From an uncultured Gemmatimonadales bacterium (lineage in GTDB: Bacteria; Gemmatimonadota; Gemmatimonadetes; Gemmatimonadales; Gemmatimonadaceae), in assembly GCA_963701965.1 (NCBI GenBank), contig OY969695.1:3232001-3296000 (forward strand): a DNA stretch of 64,000 nucleotides, in the 5' to 3' direction. The notes under the pieces were generated by a model. It did not search any database. It was not told the origin of the DNA and was given only the letters and a program-made list of their open reading frames with translations. The position numbers were made by a program, and so were the translations under genes. Of the stretch, positions 48,244 through 56,734 are shown piece by piece; the stretch's first letter is position 1; every line of letters begins with the position of its first letter.

Positions 48244-49063
48244 CTAACGCGGTAGCGCGGACACGCGGGCCGCGAGGCGCGCGTCGCCCAAAGTGTCGGC
48301 CAATGCCGCGAACGCCGGTGTGGGCCCGCGCCACCGCAGCGAATCCACGTCGTCGAACAGCGGCGCGTCCGTTCGCAAGGTCGCCAGCCGTTTGAAGAGA
48401 AGCGCCAGGTCGCGCCGGTCGCCGAGCACTTCGGGCGGGAAGTCCTCGATCGCACCATGGCGCCCGATGAGGCGGGCGGCGGTCTTGGCGCCGTATCCCG
48501 GAATGCCCGGATAGCCATCGGCCGCATTGCCGACGAGCGCCAGGTAATCCGGAATACGTTCGGGATTCACGCCGAACTTGGCGTGCACTCCGGCGGCGTC
48601 GCGGATCTGGTTGCCCCGGCGATCCATTCTGCACCACGCGATCCCCGACGACGCACTGGGCCAGGTCCTTGTCCGGCGTCCAGATGCAGACTTTTTCGAC
48701 GCGGTCATCCCGCTCGGAGAGCCACGCGGCCGATGCCAGCGCGTCGTCGGCCTCGAGCTCGACCATTGGCCAGACCACGACACCCATTGCGGCCAGCGCC
48801 TCCTCCAACGGATGGAATTGGGCCCACAGTGCCGGTTCGATCCCCTCGCCCGTCTTGTAGTCCGCCCACAGCGCGTTCCGAAACGACTCGATTACGTGAT
48901 CCGTCGCCACGCCCACGTGCGTGGCGCCGCTCTCGATCATTTGGGCGACAGTGTTCAGCACGCCGGTGACGGCGCCACGCGGCGGGTCGAACTTTGCGAA
49001 GCGCCGGATGCCGTAAAAGTGGCGAAAGAGCTCGTACGTGCCGTCGATCAGGTGCACGATCAT
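48244..49063 (-). pseudogene. Stand-alone 5'-3' exonuclease/flap endonuclease (PolI N-terminal type), frameshifted at ~48628 (possibly a sequencing error)
   Basis: LIDGTYELFR, SFRN…YK, EADDAL and DKDL.Q are in one frame. KFGV.PE.IPDYLALVG..ADGYPGIPG.G.KTA (H3TH) is in another. Confidence 0.9.
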
Positions 49064-50517
49064 GAGTTCCCCATGGCTATCGCCAGACGCTGGACGCCGG
49101 CGCGGATCTGCGCGGCGTCCGTTCCAGCGTAGCCGAGGATGAGGCCCCCGCGCGAGGGCCTCCGCCGGAAGCAGGATGAGAGCGGCATGGCCGAAACGCC
49201 GAGGCGGCCGGCGTTCTGAGAGACCGCGGTATCGGACACGTCCGGGTGTAGCAGGCCCACGAGATGCATGCCCGCCTCCGCGCCGATGATTTCCAGGCGC
49301 GAGCCCAAGTCCGTGGCGATGGCATCGACCAAGGCTTTCCGCCGCTCCCGGTAGAGGGCGCGTGACCGGCGGATGTGTCGCGCGAAGTGTCCTTCGGTGA
49401 TGAAGTCGGCCAGGGCCGCCTGGTAGAGCGTCGGCGCGAAGATATCGACGGCGTCCCGCGTGGCGACGAAAGCCGGCACCAGATCCTTTGGGAGGATCAG
49501 ATAGCCGACGCGCAGCGACGGGAACATCACCTTGCTGAACGTGCCGAGGTAGATCACGCGGGCGTCCTGATCCATGCCGTGCAGTGCCGCGATCGGCTTG
49601 CTGTCGAACCGGTACTCACTGTCGTAGTCGTCCTCGATGATCCACGCGCCCGCCGCGGACGCCCACGACAGGAGCTCCATGCGCCGCCCCACGCTCATGG
49701 TGACGCCGAGCGGGTATTGATGCGATGGCGTGACGTACGCTGCCCGTGCGTGGGGACACCGGCGGACGCCCGTGAAGACCCGCATCCCTTCGTCGTCGAC
49801 CGGGATGCGGACCATGCGGGCGCCCGCCAAGAGCAGCGCGCGTTGCGCGCCTGGATATCCCGGCTCTTCGATCCAGACCGCGTCCGTCCGATCGAGCAGT
49901 GTCCTCGTCACGAGGGACAGACCGTGCTGGGATCCCGCCACGATCATGATCTGCGACGCGTCGCACCGGATGCCCCTGGTGGCGCCGACATACTCGGCGA
50001 TCGCCTCGCGGAGCGGCGGGATGCCCATGGCATCCCCGTACATCATGAGATGCCGGGGTGCGGCGCGCGCGTGTCGGGCGACGAGCGTGCCCCAGGTCCC
50101 CGTGGGGAAATGGTCGAGCGCCGGCAGACTGACGCGGAACGCCCCCGCGTTGCGCAACCACGTGTCGGGCGGGAGCTCGAGCAACGCCTTGGCGCCGCGG
50201 GCGATTCGGAGCGGCCGTTCCCGTGCGGCGGGCACCTGCGAGAGGTCGGGAATTCGTCGGGCGACGCGCGTGGCCGATCCGACGAAGGCCTCCAGATAGC
50301 CTTCGGCGCACAGCTGTTCGTACGCCTTGAGCACCGGAATGCGCGAGAGACCTAACTCTGATGCCAGAGTCCGGGTCGACGGGATGCGGCGTCCCGGTTG
50401 GAGCCGGCCGCTGGCGATGGCATCGCGAAAGTAGTGATACAGTTGCCGGTAGAGCGGGACATTGGACGCCGGGTCGACGCTCGTGGGTGGTACGTAGTAG
50501 GCCCGCGCGGCGCGCAT
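49060..50517 (-). CDS. MocR/GabR-family GntR regulator (second paralogue)
   Basis: PLYRQLY…I..G.L.PG.RIPSTR.LA, EEPGY, TPSHQYP.G, IEDDYDSEY and GTFSK. Confidence 0.94.
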   Translation of the reverse strand: MRAARAYYVPPTSVDPASNVPLYRQLYHYFRDAIASGRLQPGRRIPSTRTLASELGLSRIPVLKAYEQLCAEGYLEAFVGSATRVARRIPDLSQVPAARERPLRIARGAKALLELPPDTWLRNAGAFRVSLPALDHFPTGTWGTLVARHARAAPRHLMMYGDAMGIPPLREAIAEYVGATRGIRCDASQIMIVAGSQHGLSLVTRTLLDRTDAVWIEEPGYPGAQRALLLAGARMVRIPVDDEGMRVFTGVRRCPHARAAYVTPSHQYPLGVTMSVGRRMELLSWASAAGAWIIEDDYDSEYRFDSKPIAALHGMDQDARVIYLGTFSKVMFPSLRVGYLILPKDLVPAFVATRDAVDIFAPTLYQAALADFITEGHFARHIRRSRALYRERRKALVDAIATDLGSRLEIIGAEAGMHLVGLLHPDVSDTAVSQNAGRLGVSAMPLSSCFRRRPSRGGLILGYAGTDAAQIRAGVQRLAIAMGNS

Positions 50518-50566
50518 AAGTGGTAATATAAAATCCGGGAAAAGTGGCGATTGCAAGCATCCACTT
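50518..50566. promoter_or_regulatory. Putative MocR operator (two direct and one inverted AAGTGG)
   Basis: AAGTGG at 50518 and 50542, CCACTT at 50561, between the regulator and its divergent gene. Confidence 0.7.
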
Positions 50567-50587
50567 GCCGATATATTGCTTTGCCAC

Positions 50588-51130
50588 ATGACCTCTCCCG
50601 CCCGCCTGCTGCTGTCGAGTCTTTTCGTGCTGTGGGGGGCCACAGCCCTCGCCCAGGACGGATCTCACGATTTCGACTTCGAGATCGGCACGTGGAAGAC
50701 CCACCTGTCGCGCCGGCTTCATCCCCTCACCGGCTCTTCCACGTGGGTCCAATACGACGGCACCACGGTCGTGCGAAAGGTGTGGAACGGCGGCGCCAAT
50801 CTCGTGGAGCTCGAAGTCACCGGCCCGGCGGGTCATATCGAGGCCCTTTCCCTCCGCCTCTACGATCCGGCCGCGCACCAGTGGAGTCTCAACTTCTCCA
50901 ACAGTGCCTCGGGCACGCTCAGCCAACCGACCATCGGCGGATTCAAGAACGGGCGCGGCGAGTTCTACGATCAGGAGATGCTGAACGGTCGGGCGATCTT
51001 CGTCCGATTCGTCATCTCGGACGTCACACCCAACTCGTGCCACTTCGAGCAGGCTTTTTCCGACGACGGCGGCAAGACGTGGGAGGTCAACTGGGTGGCC
51101 ACGGATACCCGGGTGCCCGGCCAGCCGTAG
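50588..51130 (+). CDS. Secreted DUF1579-like beta-barrel protein
   Basis: Signal peptide, HDFDF..G.W…RRL..PL.GS..W and EQAFS.DGGKTWE.NW. Confidence 0.85.
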   Translation: MTSPARLLLSSLFVLWGATALAQDGSHDFDFEIGTWKTHLSRRLHPLTGSSTWVQYDGTTVVRKVWNGGANLVELEVTGPAGHIEALSLRLYDPAAHQWSLNFSNSASGTLSQPTIGGFKNGRGEFYDQEMLNGRAIFVRFVISDVTPNSCHFEQAFSDDGGKTWEVNWVATDTRVPGQP

Positions 51131-52120
51131 TCAGTATCCGCGCGCCTTGTCGTAGAGATTTTCCAAGGGGCAGCCGTCGAGATACCGCTGGAGATTGTTC
51201 GCGAAGAGCGCCGCCATCCGCGTGAAGTAGTACGGCGTCAGGCCGGCGACGTGCGGCGTGACGATGACGTTGGGCATGTCCCACAGCGGATTGTCCGCCG
51301 GCAACGGCTCGGTCTCGAAGACATCGAGCCCCGCGCCCGCCAGCCGACCGGCGCCTAGTGCCGCGATCAGCGCGGCCTCGTCGACCACCGCGCCGCGCGA
51401 GATGTTGTAGAGGTAGGCGCCCGGTTTCATGCGGGCGAAGAGCGCGGCGTCGAACAGACGGTGGGTCTCCGTCGTGTACGGGACCGTGATCGCTACGTGG
51501 TCGGCGGCGCCGACGAGCGCGGGGAGATCGCGCGGCGCGTACAGCTCTACGCCCTCGCCGCCCCGCGCGACATCGCGTCGGGTCGCCACGATCCGCATGC
51601 CGAATCCCCGCGCCCGTTCCGCCAGCGCGCGCCCGATCGCGCCAAAGCCCACGATGCCGAGCGTCTGTCCGGTCAACTCGGCAGACGGGCCCTCGTCGTG
51701 CGTCCACCGGTGCGCCCGCTGGGCGTGCGCGTACGTATCCAACCGTCGCGTGAACACCAGCATGTAGCCCATGATGTGCTCGGCGATGTTGGGCCCGTGC
51801 ACGCCGGCGGCGTTGGTCACCATCACCTGCCGCGCTTCAATGTCCGGCGGCACACGACGATCCAGGCCCGAGGCCCAAAAACTGACCCAGCGGAGTCGCG
51901 GCGCCATCGCCGACACTTCAGCCGGCAGATTGCCGCAGACGATCACCTCGGCGTCTCGCACGATCGCCAGATCGCCGGTGGACGTCGCGAAATGCAGCTC
52001 GACCCGGTCGCGCAACGCCGGGCGCGCATCAATCGCATCCTGAAACGGCGTCGCGCCGTCCCGGAGTTGCACGCCGTCCCGCGGCGTCGCCAGCACCACG
52101 ACGATCGTTTTGGCCATCAC
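51131..52120 (-). CDS. D-2-hydroxyacid dehydrogenase
   Basis: GIVGFGAIG, NISRG, LDVFETEPL and TPHVAG give the catalytic Arg/Glu/His. Confidence 0.94.
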   Translation of the reverse strand: MMAKTIVVVLATPRDGVQLRDGATPFQDAIDARPALRDRVELHFATSTGDLAIVRDAEVIVCGNLPAEVSAMAPRLRWVSFWASGLDRRVPPDIEARQVMVTNAAGVHGPNIAEHIMGYMLVFTRRLDTYAHAQRAHRWTHDEGPSAELTGQTLGIVGFGAIGRALAERARGFGMRIVATRRDVARGGEGVELYAPRDLPALVGAADHVAITVPYTTETHRLFDAALFARMKPGAYLYNISRGAVVDEAALIAALGAGRLAGAGLDVFETEPLPADNPLWDMPNVIVTPHVAGLTPYYFTRMAALFANNLQRYLDGCPLENLYDKARGY

Positions 52121-53079
52121 GCGCCGCCTCGCAACGTTCGCACTAATCGCAACAATCCTCCCACCATATCGCCAAAGACATTCCGCGCGGGCGGGACGGG
52201 TTCCGTCAACGCCCGCGCAAACGCGCCCGCCGAATCGTGCCGGTCCGACGGTTCGATGGCCATGGCTTTGGCGATCGCGACGTCGATGCTCTTGGGTACA
52301 TCGGGACGCCGCGCCCGCACGCGCGGGGTGATCGAGAGGTCCGGTGCCAGCGCCACCGCCAGACCGGTAAACCCCGGAAAAGCCTGTTCGCCCGCCAGCA
52401 TCTCGTACAGCACGACGGCGAGGGAGTACACGTCCGACCGGGAATCGATCCGGAGGCCCGCGGACTGCTCCGGACTCATATAGGATGGTGTCCCGACCGT
52501 GTATCCCGTGTCCGTCAACCGGGGGTCGCCCGTCGACGACAGCGGCCGGGCGATGCCAAAATCCACGAGAAGCGCCCGACCGTCGGCGATGAGAATGTTC
52601 TCGGGTTTGATGTCCCGGTGCACGATGCCAATGTCATGGGCATGATCGAGGGCGTCCGCCAGCCCGAGCGTGATGGTGAGCGCGGCGTCGATGGGCATCC
52701 GCCGCTCGCGCCGCACGCGCTCCCGCAGCGTCTCGCCCTCGACGTATGGCATCGTGAGCCACAGCTGTCCGGAGCCGATCTCTCCGGAATCGAGCGCCAC
52801 CAGGATGTTCGGGTGTTGCAACCGGGGCGCCAGGCTGATCTCGCGTCGAAAACGCTCCGATCCCACGTTCCCGGCGAGCTCCGGGCGGAGCACCTTGAGG
52901 GCAACGCGACACTGGCGGATCGTATCCTCGGCCAGATACACCGTCGCCGTCGCGCCGCGCGCCACTTCGCGCTCGATGCGAAGGCTCCCCAGCGCCGCTC
53001 GGAGCATCGACAATTCATCGGTTTCTGCGGTCACCGCGGCAGAAGATGCCACGAGACGTGCCGGTTCCGCCACCGGCAT
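52117..53079 (-). CDS. Hanks-type Ser/Thr protein kinase
   Basis: VALK, HPNI, HRDIKPEN, DFG, GTPSYMSPEQ and SDVYSL. Confidence 0.94.
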   Translation of the reverse strand: MPVAEPARLVASSAAVTAETDELSMLRAALGSLRIEREVARGATATVYLAEDTIRQCRVALKVLRPELAGNVGSERFRREISLAPRLQHPNILVALDSGEIGSGQLWLTMPYVEGETLRERVRRERRMPIDAALTITLGLADALDHAHDIGIVHRDIKPENILIADGRALLVDFGIARPLSSTGDPRLTDTGYTVGTPSYMSPEQSAGLRIDSRSDVYSLAVVLYEMLAGEQAFPGFTGLAVALAPDLSITPRVRARRPDVPKSIDVAIAKAMAIEPSDRHDSAGAFARALTEPVPPARNVFGDMVGGLLRLVRTLRGGA

Positions 53080-53136
53080 TACGCAGAGCGGCCTACGGAG
53101 GTACGATGAACGACGGCCGGTTGGGCAGTCGCCCGC

Positions 53137-53823
53137 TTACTTGATCGGTGGCGGCGACGTCTTGGTGTAGCCCTCGGGGATGACGAACTCCTTGTCCCCG
53201 ACGTCGTGCCGGTCGATGCTCGTGACCTGCCACACCACCCGTTCGGGCCCATTGGCCCGCGAGATGATCTTGAGGGGGAAGTAGCCGCCCGGGAACCGGC
53301 TCCCGAGGTCATCGTACGTCGTGTCGGTGGAGGTGTTCGTGGTGCCACCCATCGCCTGCGCGCCGTTGATTTCGGGGTCGGCGACGAAGACGCCCATGTT
53401 GTTGGCCACGCACACATCGATCATTTGCGCGGATCCCACCGTGAAGAACTTGCACGGGTGGCCAGCGATCTCGTCGGTCCGTGATGTCTTCGAGACGACG
53501 ACGGTGCCCGCGCGCGGTTGGTACCCGTCCTCCTCGAGCGCTTGGCGCCATTCCTTGGCGCGTTCGCCCATGTCCACGGTCCAATACTGCTTCTTGGAGG
53601 GATTGATCACCGTCCGTGTCCGGGCGTCAAAATCGTACAACACGGTGACCTTGCCGATCGCCGTCAATGTGACGTCGAGGCGTTCCTTTGGCCACTTCTG
53701 GGTGAACGTAGCCTTGCCCGTGTGGCCTTTGATGAAAGCGGTATTGGCCGTGACCGTTCCTTCGAATCGCCCCTGCTGAACGACGAAGAGGATCGCCAGC
53801 GGGGCCAACAGAATCGGGCGCAT
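53137..53823 (-). CDS. DUF4412-family secreted protein
   Basis: Signal peptide, FEG.V, T...DEIAGH.C..F, FPLK and F.IP.GY. Confidence 0.8.
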   Translation of the reverse strand: MRPILLAPLAILFVVQQGRFEGTVTANTAFIKGHTGKATFTQKWPKERLDVTLTAIGKVTVLYDFDARTRTVINPSKKQYWTVDMGERAKEWRQALEEDGYQPRAGTVVVSKTSRTDEIAGHPCKFFTVGSAQMIDVCVANNMGVFVADPEINGAQAMGGTTNTSTDTTYDDLGSRFPGGYFPLKIISRANGPERVVWQVTSIDRHDVGDKEFVIPEGYTKTSPPPIK

Positions 53824-53893
53824 GTGAGGACGATAGTCGTGTGCCCTCCCGGTCGACTATTCGACTTTAGTCTATGGTCGCTAGTATTCATCC

Positions 53894-54625
53894 ATGAGCC
53901 TGGACGGACGCGTTGCCTTGGTGACGGGAGGCAGTCGGGGGATCGGCCAGGCGATCGCCATCGCGCTCGCCGCGGCGGGGGCCCATGTCGCCGTCAATTA
54001 TCGAGAGGACGCGGCCGGTGCGGACAGGACGGTGGCTGACATCAAGAAGGCCGGTGGCCATGCGCTCGCCGTGCGGGCCGATGTCGCATCGCTCGATGAT
54101 GTCGCGACGATGATCGCCACAGTCGTCAGCCAGCTCGGCAACCCGGCGATTCTCGTGAACAATGCCGGCATGGCCCAGGTGCGGACGATCGACACGTTGG
54201 GACTCGCCGACTTCGACGACGCGATCCGCGTGAACCTGCGCTCGGCGTTCATGGTGACGGCGGCCGTCGTGCCGGCCATGCGCCAAGCGCGCTGGGGCCG
54301 GTTGATCTGGATCTCGTCGATCGCCGCCAACCTCGGCGGCGCCATCGGCCCGCACTACGCCGCGTCGAAGGCCGGCATGCTCGGCCTCATGCACGGCTAC
54401 GCGGCGCAGCTCATCAAAGAGGGCATCACGTCGAACGCCATCTCGCCCGCCCTGATCGACACCGATATGGTGCGCGCCGCGCCCCACATCACACCCGACC
54501 GTGTGCCGATCGGACGATTTGGCTCGGTCGACGAAGTCGCCGATATCGCCGTCCTTCTCGCCCAGAACGGCTACCTCACGGGACAGACGATCCACGCCAA
54601 CGGCGGCATGTACTTCACGAGCTGA
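53894..54625 (+). CDS. SDR oxidoreductase (FabG-like)
   Basis: TGGSRGIG, NNAG, YAASK and GQTIHANGG. Confidence 0.94.
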   Translation: MSLDGRVALVTGGSRGIGQAIAIALAAAGAHVAVNYREDAAGADRTVADIKKAGGHALAVRADVASLDDVATMIATVVSQLGNPAILVNNAGMAQVRTIDTLGLADFDDAIRVNLRSAFMVTAAVVPAMRQARWGRLIWISSIAANLGGAIGPHYAASKAGMLGLMHGYAAQLIKEGITSNAISPALIDTDMVRAAPHITPDRVPIGRFGSVDEVADIAVLLAQNGYLTGQTIHANGGMYFTS

Positions 54626-55850
54626 GCACGGCGCGCGCCGCGCGCGCCACGAGGTAGTTCCGCTCCGGTACACTCGTCGTCCGCCCGGCCGCCGCGCGGT
54701 AATGCGTCGCCGCCGCCTGGCGATCCCCCGCCATCTCCAACAAATGCGCGCGGACCGCGTCCAGGCGATAGTGGCCGGCAAGACGCTTGTCGGCGCCGAG
54801 CGTGTCCAACAGCGCCAACCCCTCGGCGGCACCATGCACCATGGCGACGGCGATCGCCCGGTTGAGTGTCACCATGGGATTGTCGGACATGCGCTCGAGG
54901 AGCCCATACAACGCGAGAATCTGCGGCCAGTCGGTCTCCGCGGCTCGCGCCGCCTCATCGTGGACGGCCGCGATCGCCGCTTGTAATTGGTACACCCCGA
55001 CTGATCCCCTCGACAACGTCGCCGTAATGAGCGCCACCCCCTGGGCGATCTCGCGCTGATCCCACAGGCCGCGATCCTGCTCCGCGAGCGGAATCAACTC
55101 TCCTGCTGCTCCCGTCCGCGCGCTCCGGCGCGCATCCGTCAGCAGCATCAAGGCCAGCAACCCCGCGACCTCCCCATCGCGCGGCAGCTCGAGCCGCACG
55201 GCCCGCGTGAGGCGAATCGCCTCGTTGGCGAGATCGCGGCGTTGCAGGCGCTCGCCGCGGCTCGCGGTATACCCTTCATTGAAGATCAGGTACAACACGT
55301 GGAGCACCGCGGCGAGTCGTTCGTCGCGCTCGTCGGGCGTCGGCAGACGGAACGGCACCCCCGACGTTTTGATCCGCTCCTTGGCCCGGCTGATGCGCTG
55401 CGCCATCGTCGCCTCGGGCACCAGAAACGCGCTGGCGACCTCAGCGGTCGTCAACCCGCCAACCGCCCGCAGCGTGAGCGCGATCGCCGATGGCGTCGTA
55501 AGGGCCGGATGGCAACACATGAAGAGCAGGATGAGCGTGTCGTCCCGCTCGACCGCGTCGCCGTCCGGCGCCAGGTCGGTTGGACTGGTCCCGGCGCTGG
55601 GATCCATAGCCACGGCTCCTTCGCGGCGCCGCCGCGCGAAATCGGCGCGTAATTGGTCCGTCATGCGGCGCGCTGCGACATGGACCAACCACGCGCGCGG
55701 GTTGTCCGGCACCCCGGCTTTCGGCCACTGCGCCGCGGCCGCCATCAGCGCCTCTTGCACAGCGTCCTCGGCCGCATCGAAATCGCCGAATCGCCGGACG
55801 ACCGCGCCGAGTACCTGCGGCGCCAGACTGCGCAGCAGGTCCTCGCTCAT
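54615..55850 (-). CDS. ECF42-type sigma factor (sigma2/sigma4 + DUF6596 + TPR)
   Basis: AEDAVQEA, DD.L.LLF.CCHPAL, MAQRISRAK, YLIFNEGY, QDR..WD, YQLQAAIAAVH and LNRAIA. Confidence 0.93.
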   Translation of the reverse strand: MSEDLLRSLAPQVLGAVVRRFGDFDAAEDAVQEALMAAAAQWPKAGVPDNPRAWLVHVAARRMTDQLRADFARRRREGAVAMDPSAGTSPTDLAPDGDAVERDDTLILLFMCCHPALTTPSAIALTLRAVGGLTTAEVASAFLVPEATMAQRISRAKERIKTSGVPFRLPTPDERDERLAAVLHVLYLIFNEGYTASRGERLQRRDLANEAIRLTRAVRLELPRDGEVAGLLALMLLTDARRSARTGAAGELIPLAEQDRGLWDQREIAQGVALITATLSRGSVGVYQLQAAIAAVHDEAARAAETDWPQILALYGLLERMSDNPMVTLNRAIAVAMVHGAAEGLALLDTLGADKRLAGHYRLDAVRAHLLEMAGDRQAAATHYRAAAGRTTSVPERNYLVARAARAVLSS

Positions 55851-56248
55851 GCGTCGTGCGGTGGCGGCTCGCTCATCACCTGGCGCACTTCGATCGGCAT
55901 GTTGAGCGGCTTGCCTCCCGGCCCCGGCGCCGCCGAGGCGCGCGCGGCGAGCGCGTACGCGCGCCCGGCGTTCTCCACGTCCACGATCCAGTATCCGGCG
56001 AGAAATTCCTTTGCCTCGGCGAACGGCCCATCGGTCACCGCGGGCGCGCCGCCGTTGGTCGCGCGCACGATCCGCGCTTCGGCCGGCGCCGCCAGGCCTT
56101 CGCCTCCCACGAACTCTCCGGACGCCCGCAGTTCCTTGTCGAACCGCATCATGAACGCGATGTGTGCCTGGAAATCCGCCGGGGTCCACTGGGCGACATT
56201 CCAATCCCCAGTCCCGCGCGGCGCGTGCATCATTAACATGTACTTCAT
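55847..56248 (-). CDS. YciI/DGPF-domain protein
   Basis: MKYMLM, VTDGPFAEAKEFLAGYW and IEVR. ATGA overlap with the sigma gene. Confidence 0.94.
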   Translation of the reverse strand: MKYMLMMHAPRGTGDWNVAQWTPADFQAHIAFMMRFDKELRASGEFVGGEGLAAPAEARIVRATNGGAPAVTDGPFAEAKEFLAGYWIVDVENAGRAYALAARASAAPGPGGKPLNMPIEVRQVMSEPPPHDA

Positions 56249-56275
56249 GGTCTTTGCTCCCGTGGTTTTCCTTCA

Positions 56276-56302
56276 GTCGGAGCTGAGCCCCCGTTCTCGA
56301 CA
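56276..56302 (-). promoter_or_regulatory. ECF42-type promoter (-35 TGTCGA, -10 CGAC)
   Basis: The minus strand reads TGTCGA-N17-CGAC, ending about 28 nt upstream of the DGPF ATG. Confidence 0.75.
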
Positions 56303-56325
56303 TCCCTCATGCGCTGGATCCGCCG

Positions 56326-56598
56326 ATGACTCACCAACGCACCCTCGCCATGTTGTTCGAGCATCCCCTCAATCACAATATCGAGTGGCCGGACGTCCTT
56401 CACCTCCTCGAGTCTCTCGGGACCGTCTCCGAAGGGGGGAAGGGCTCGCTCCACGTCACGGTGAACGGCCAGACGACGGTCCTTCACCCGCCCAAACACA
56501 AGGATCTCAAAGACAGCGAACAGCTGATGGAGATCCGGCATTTCCTCCGCCGCGCCGGGATCCAGCCGCCGCACCCGGACAAAGGACCGACAGCCTGA
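56326..56598 (+). CDS. HicA-like small protein (no HicB neighbour)
   Basis: HQRTL..LFEHP...NIEW.DV..LL..LG.V.E…LHPPKH…IR.FL..AGI.P resembles long-form HicA proteins. Confidence 0.7.
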   Translation: MTHQRTLAMLFEHPLNHNIEWPDVLHLLESLGTVSEGGKGSLHVTVNGQTTVLHPPKHKDLKDSEQLMEIRHFLRRAGIQPPHPDKGPTA

Positions 56599-56734
56599 AC
56601 GTCATCGCGTACGCCGCCACGGCCGTGATCGGCTTGCCCTCACAGTATCGCTCGCCACGTGGACCGAGACTCGATCGAGATAGATTGTAAATCCACTGGT
56701 AACAGAGCGGGCAACGACTCACGAGGAGCGTACC

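Noticed and set aside
47312..49063. 583-aa exonuclease with a novel C-terminal domain
   Set aside because: Artefact of the frameshift at ~48628, reading on antisense through the Kelch gene.
55851..56303. N-terminal extension of the ECF42 sigma
   Set aside because: Overlaps the DGPF gene out of frame. The sigma starts at 55850.
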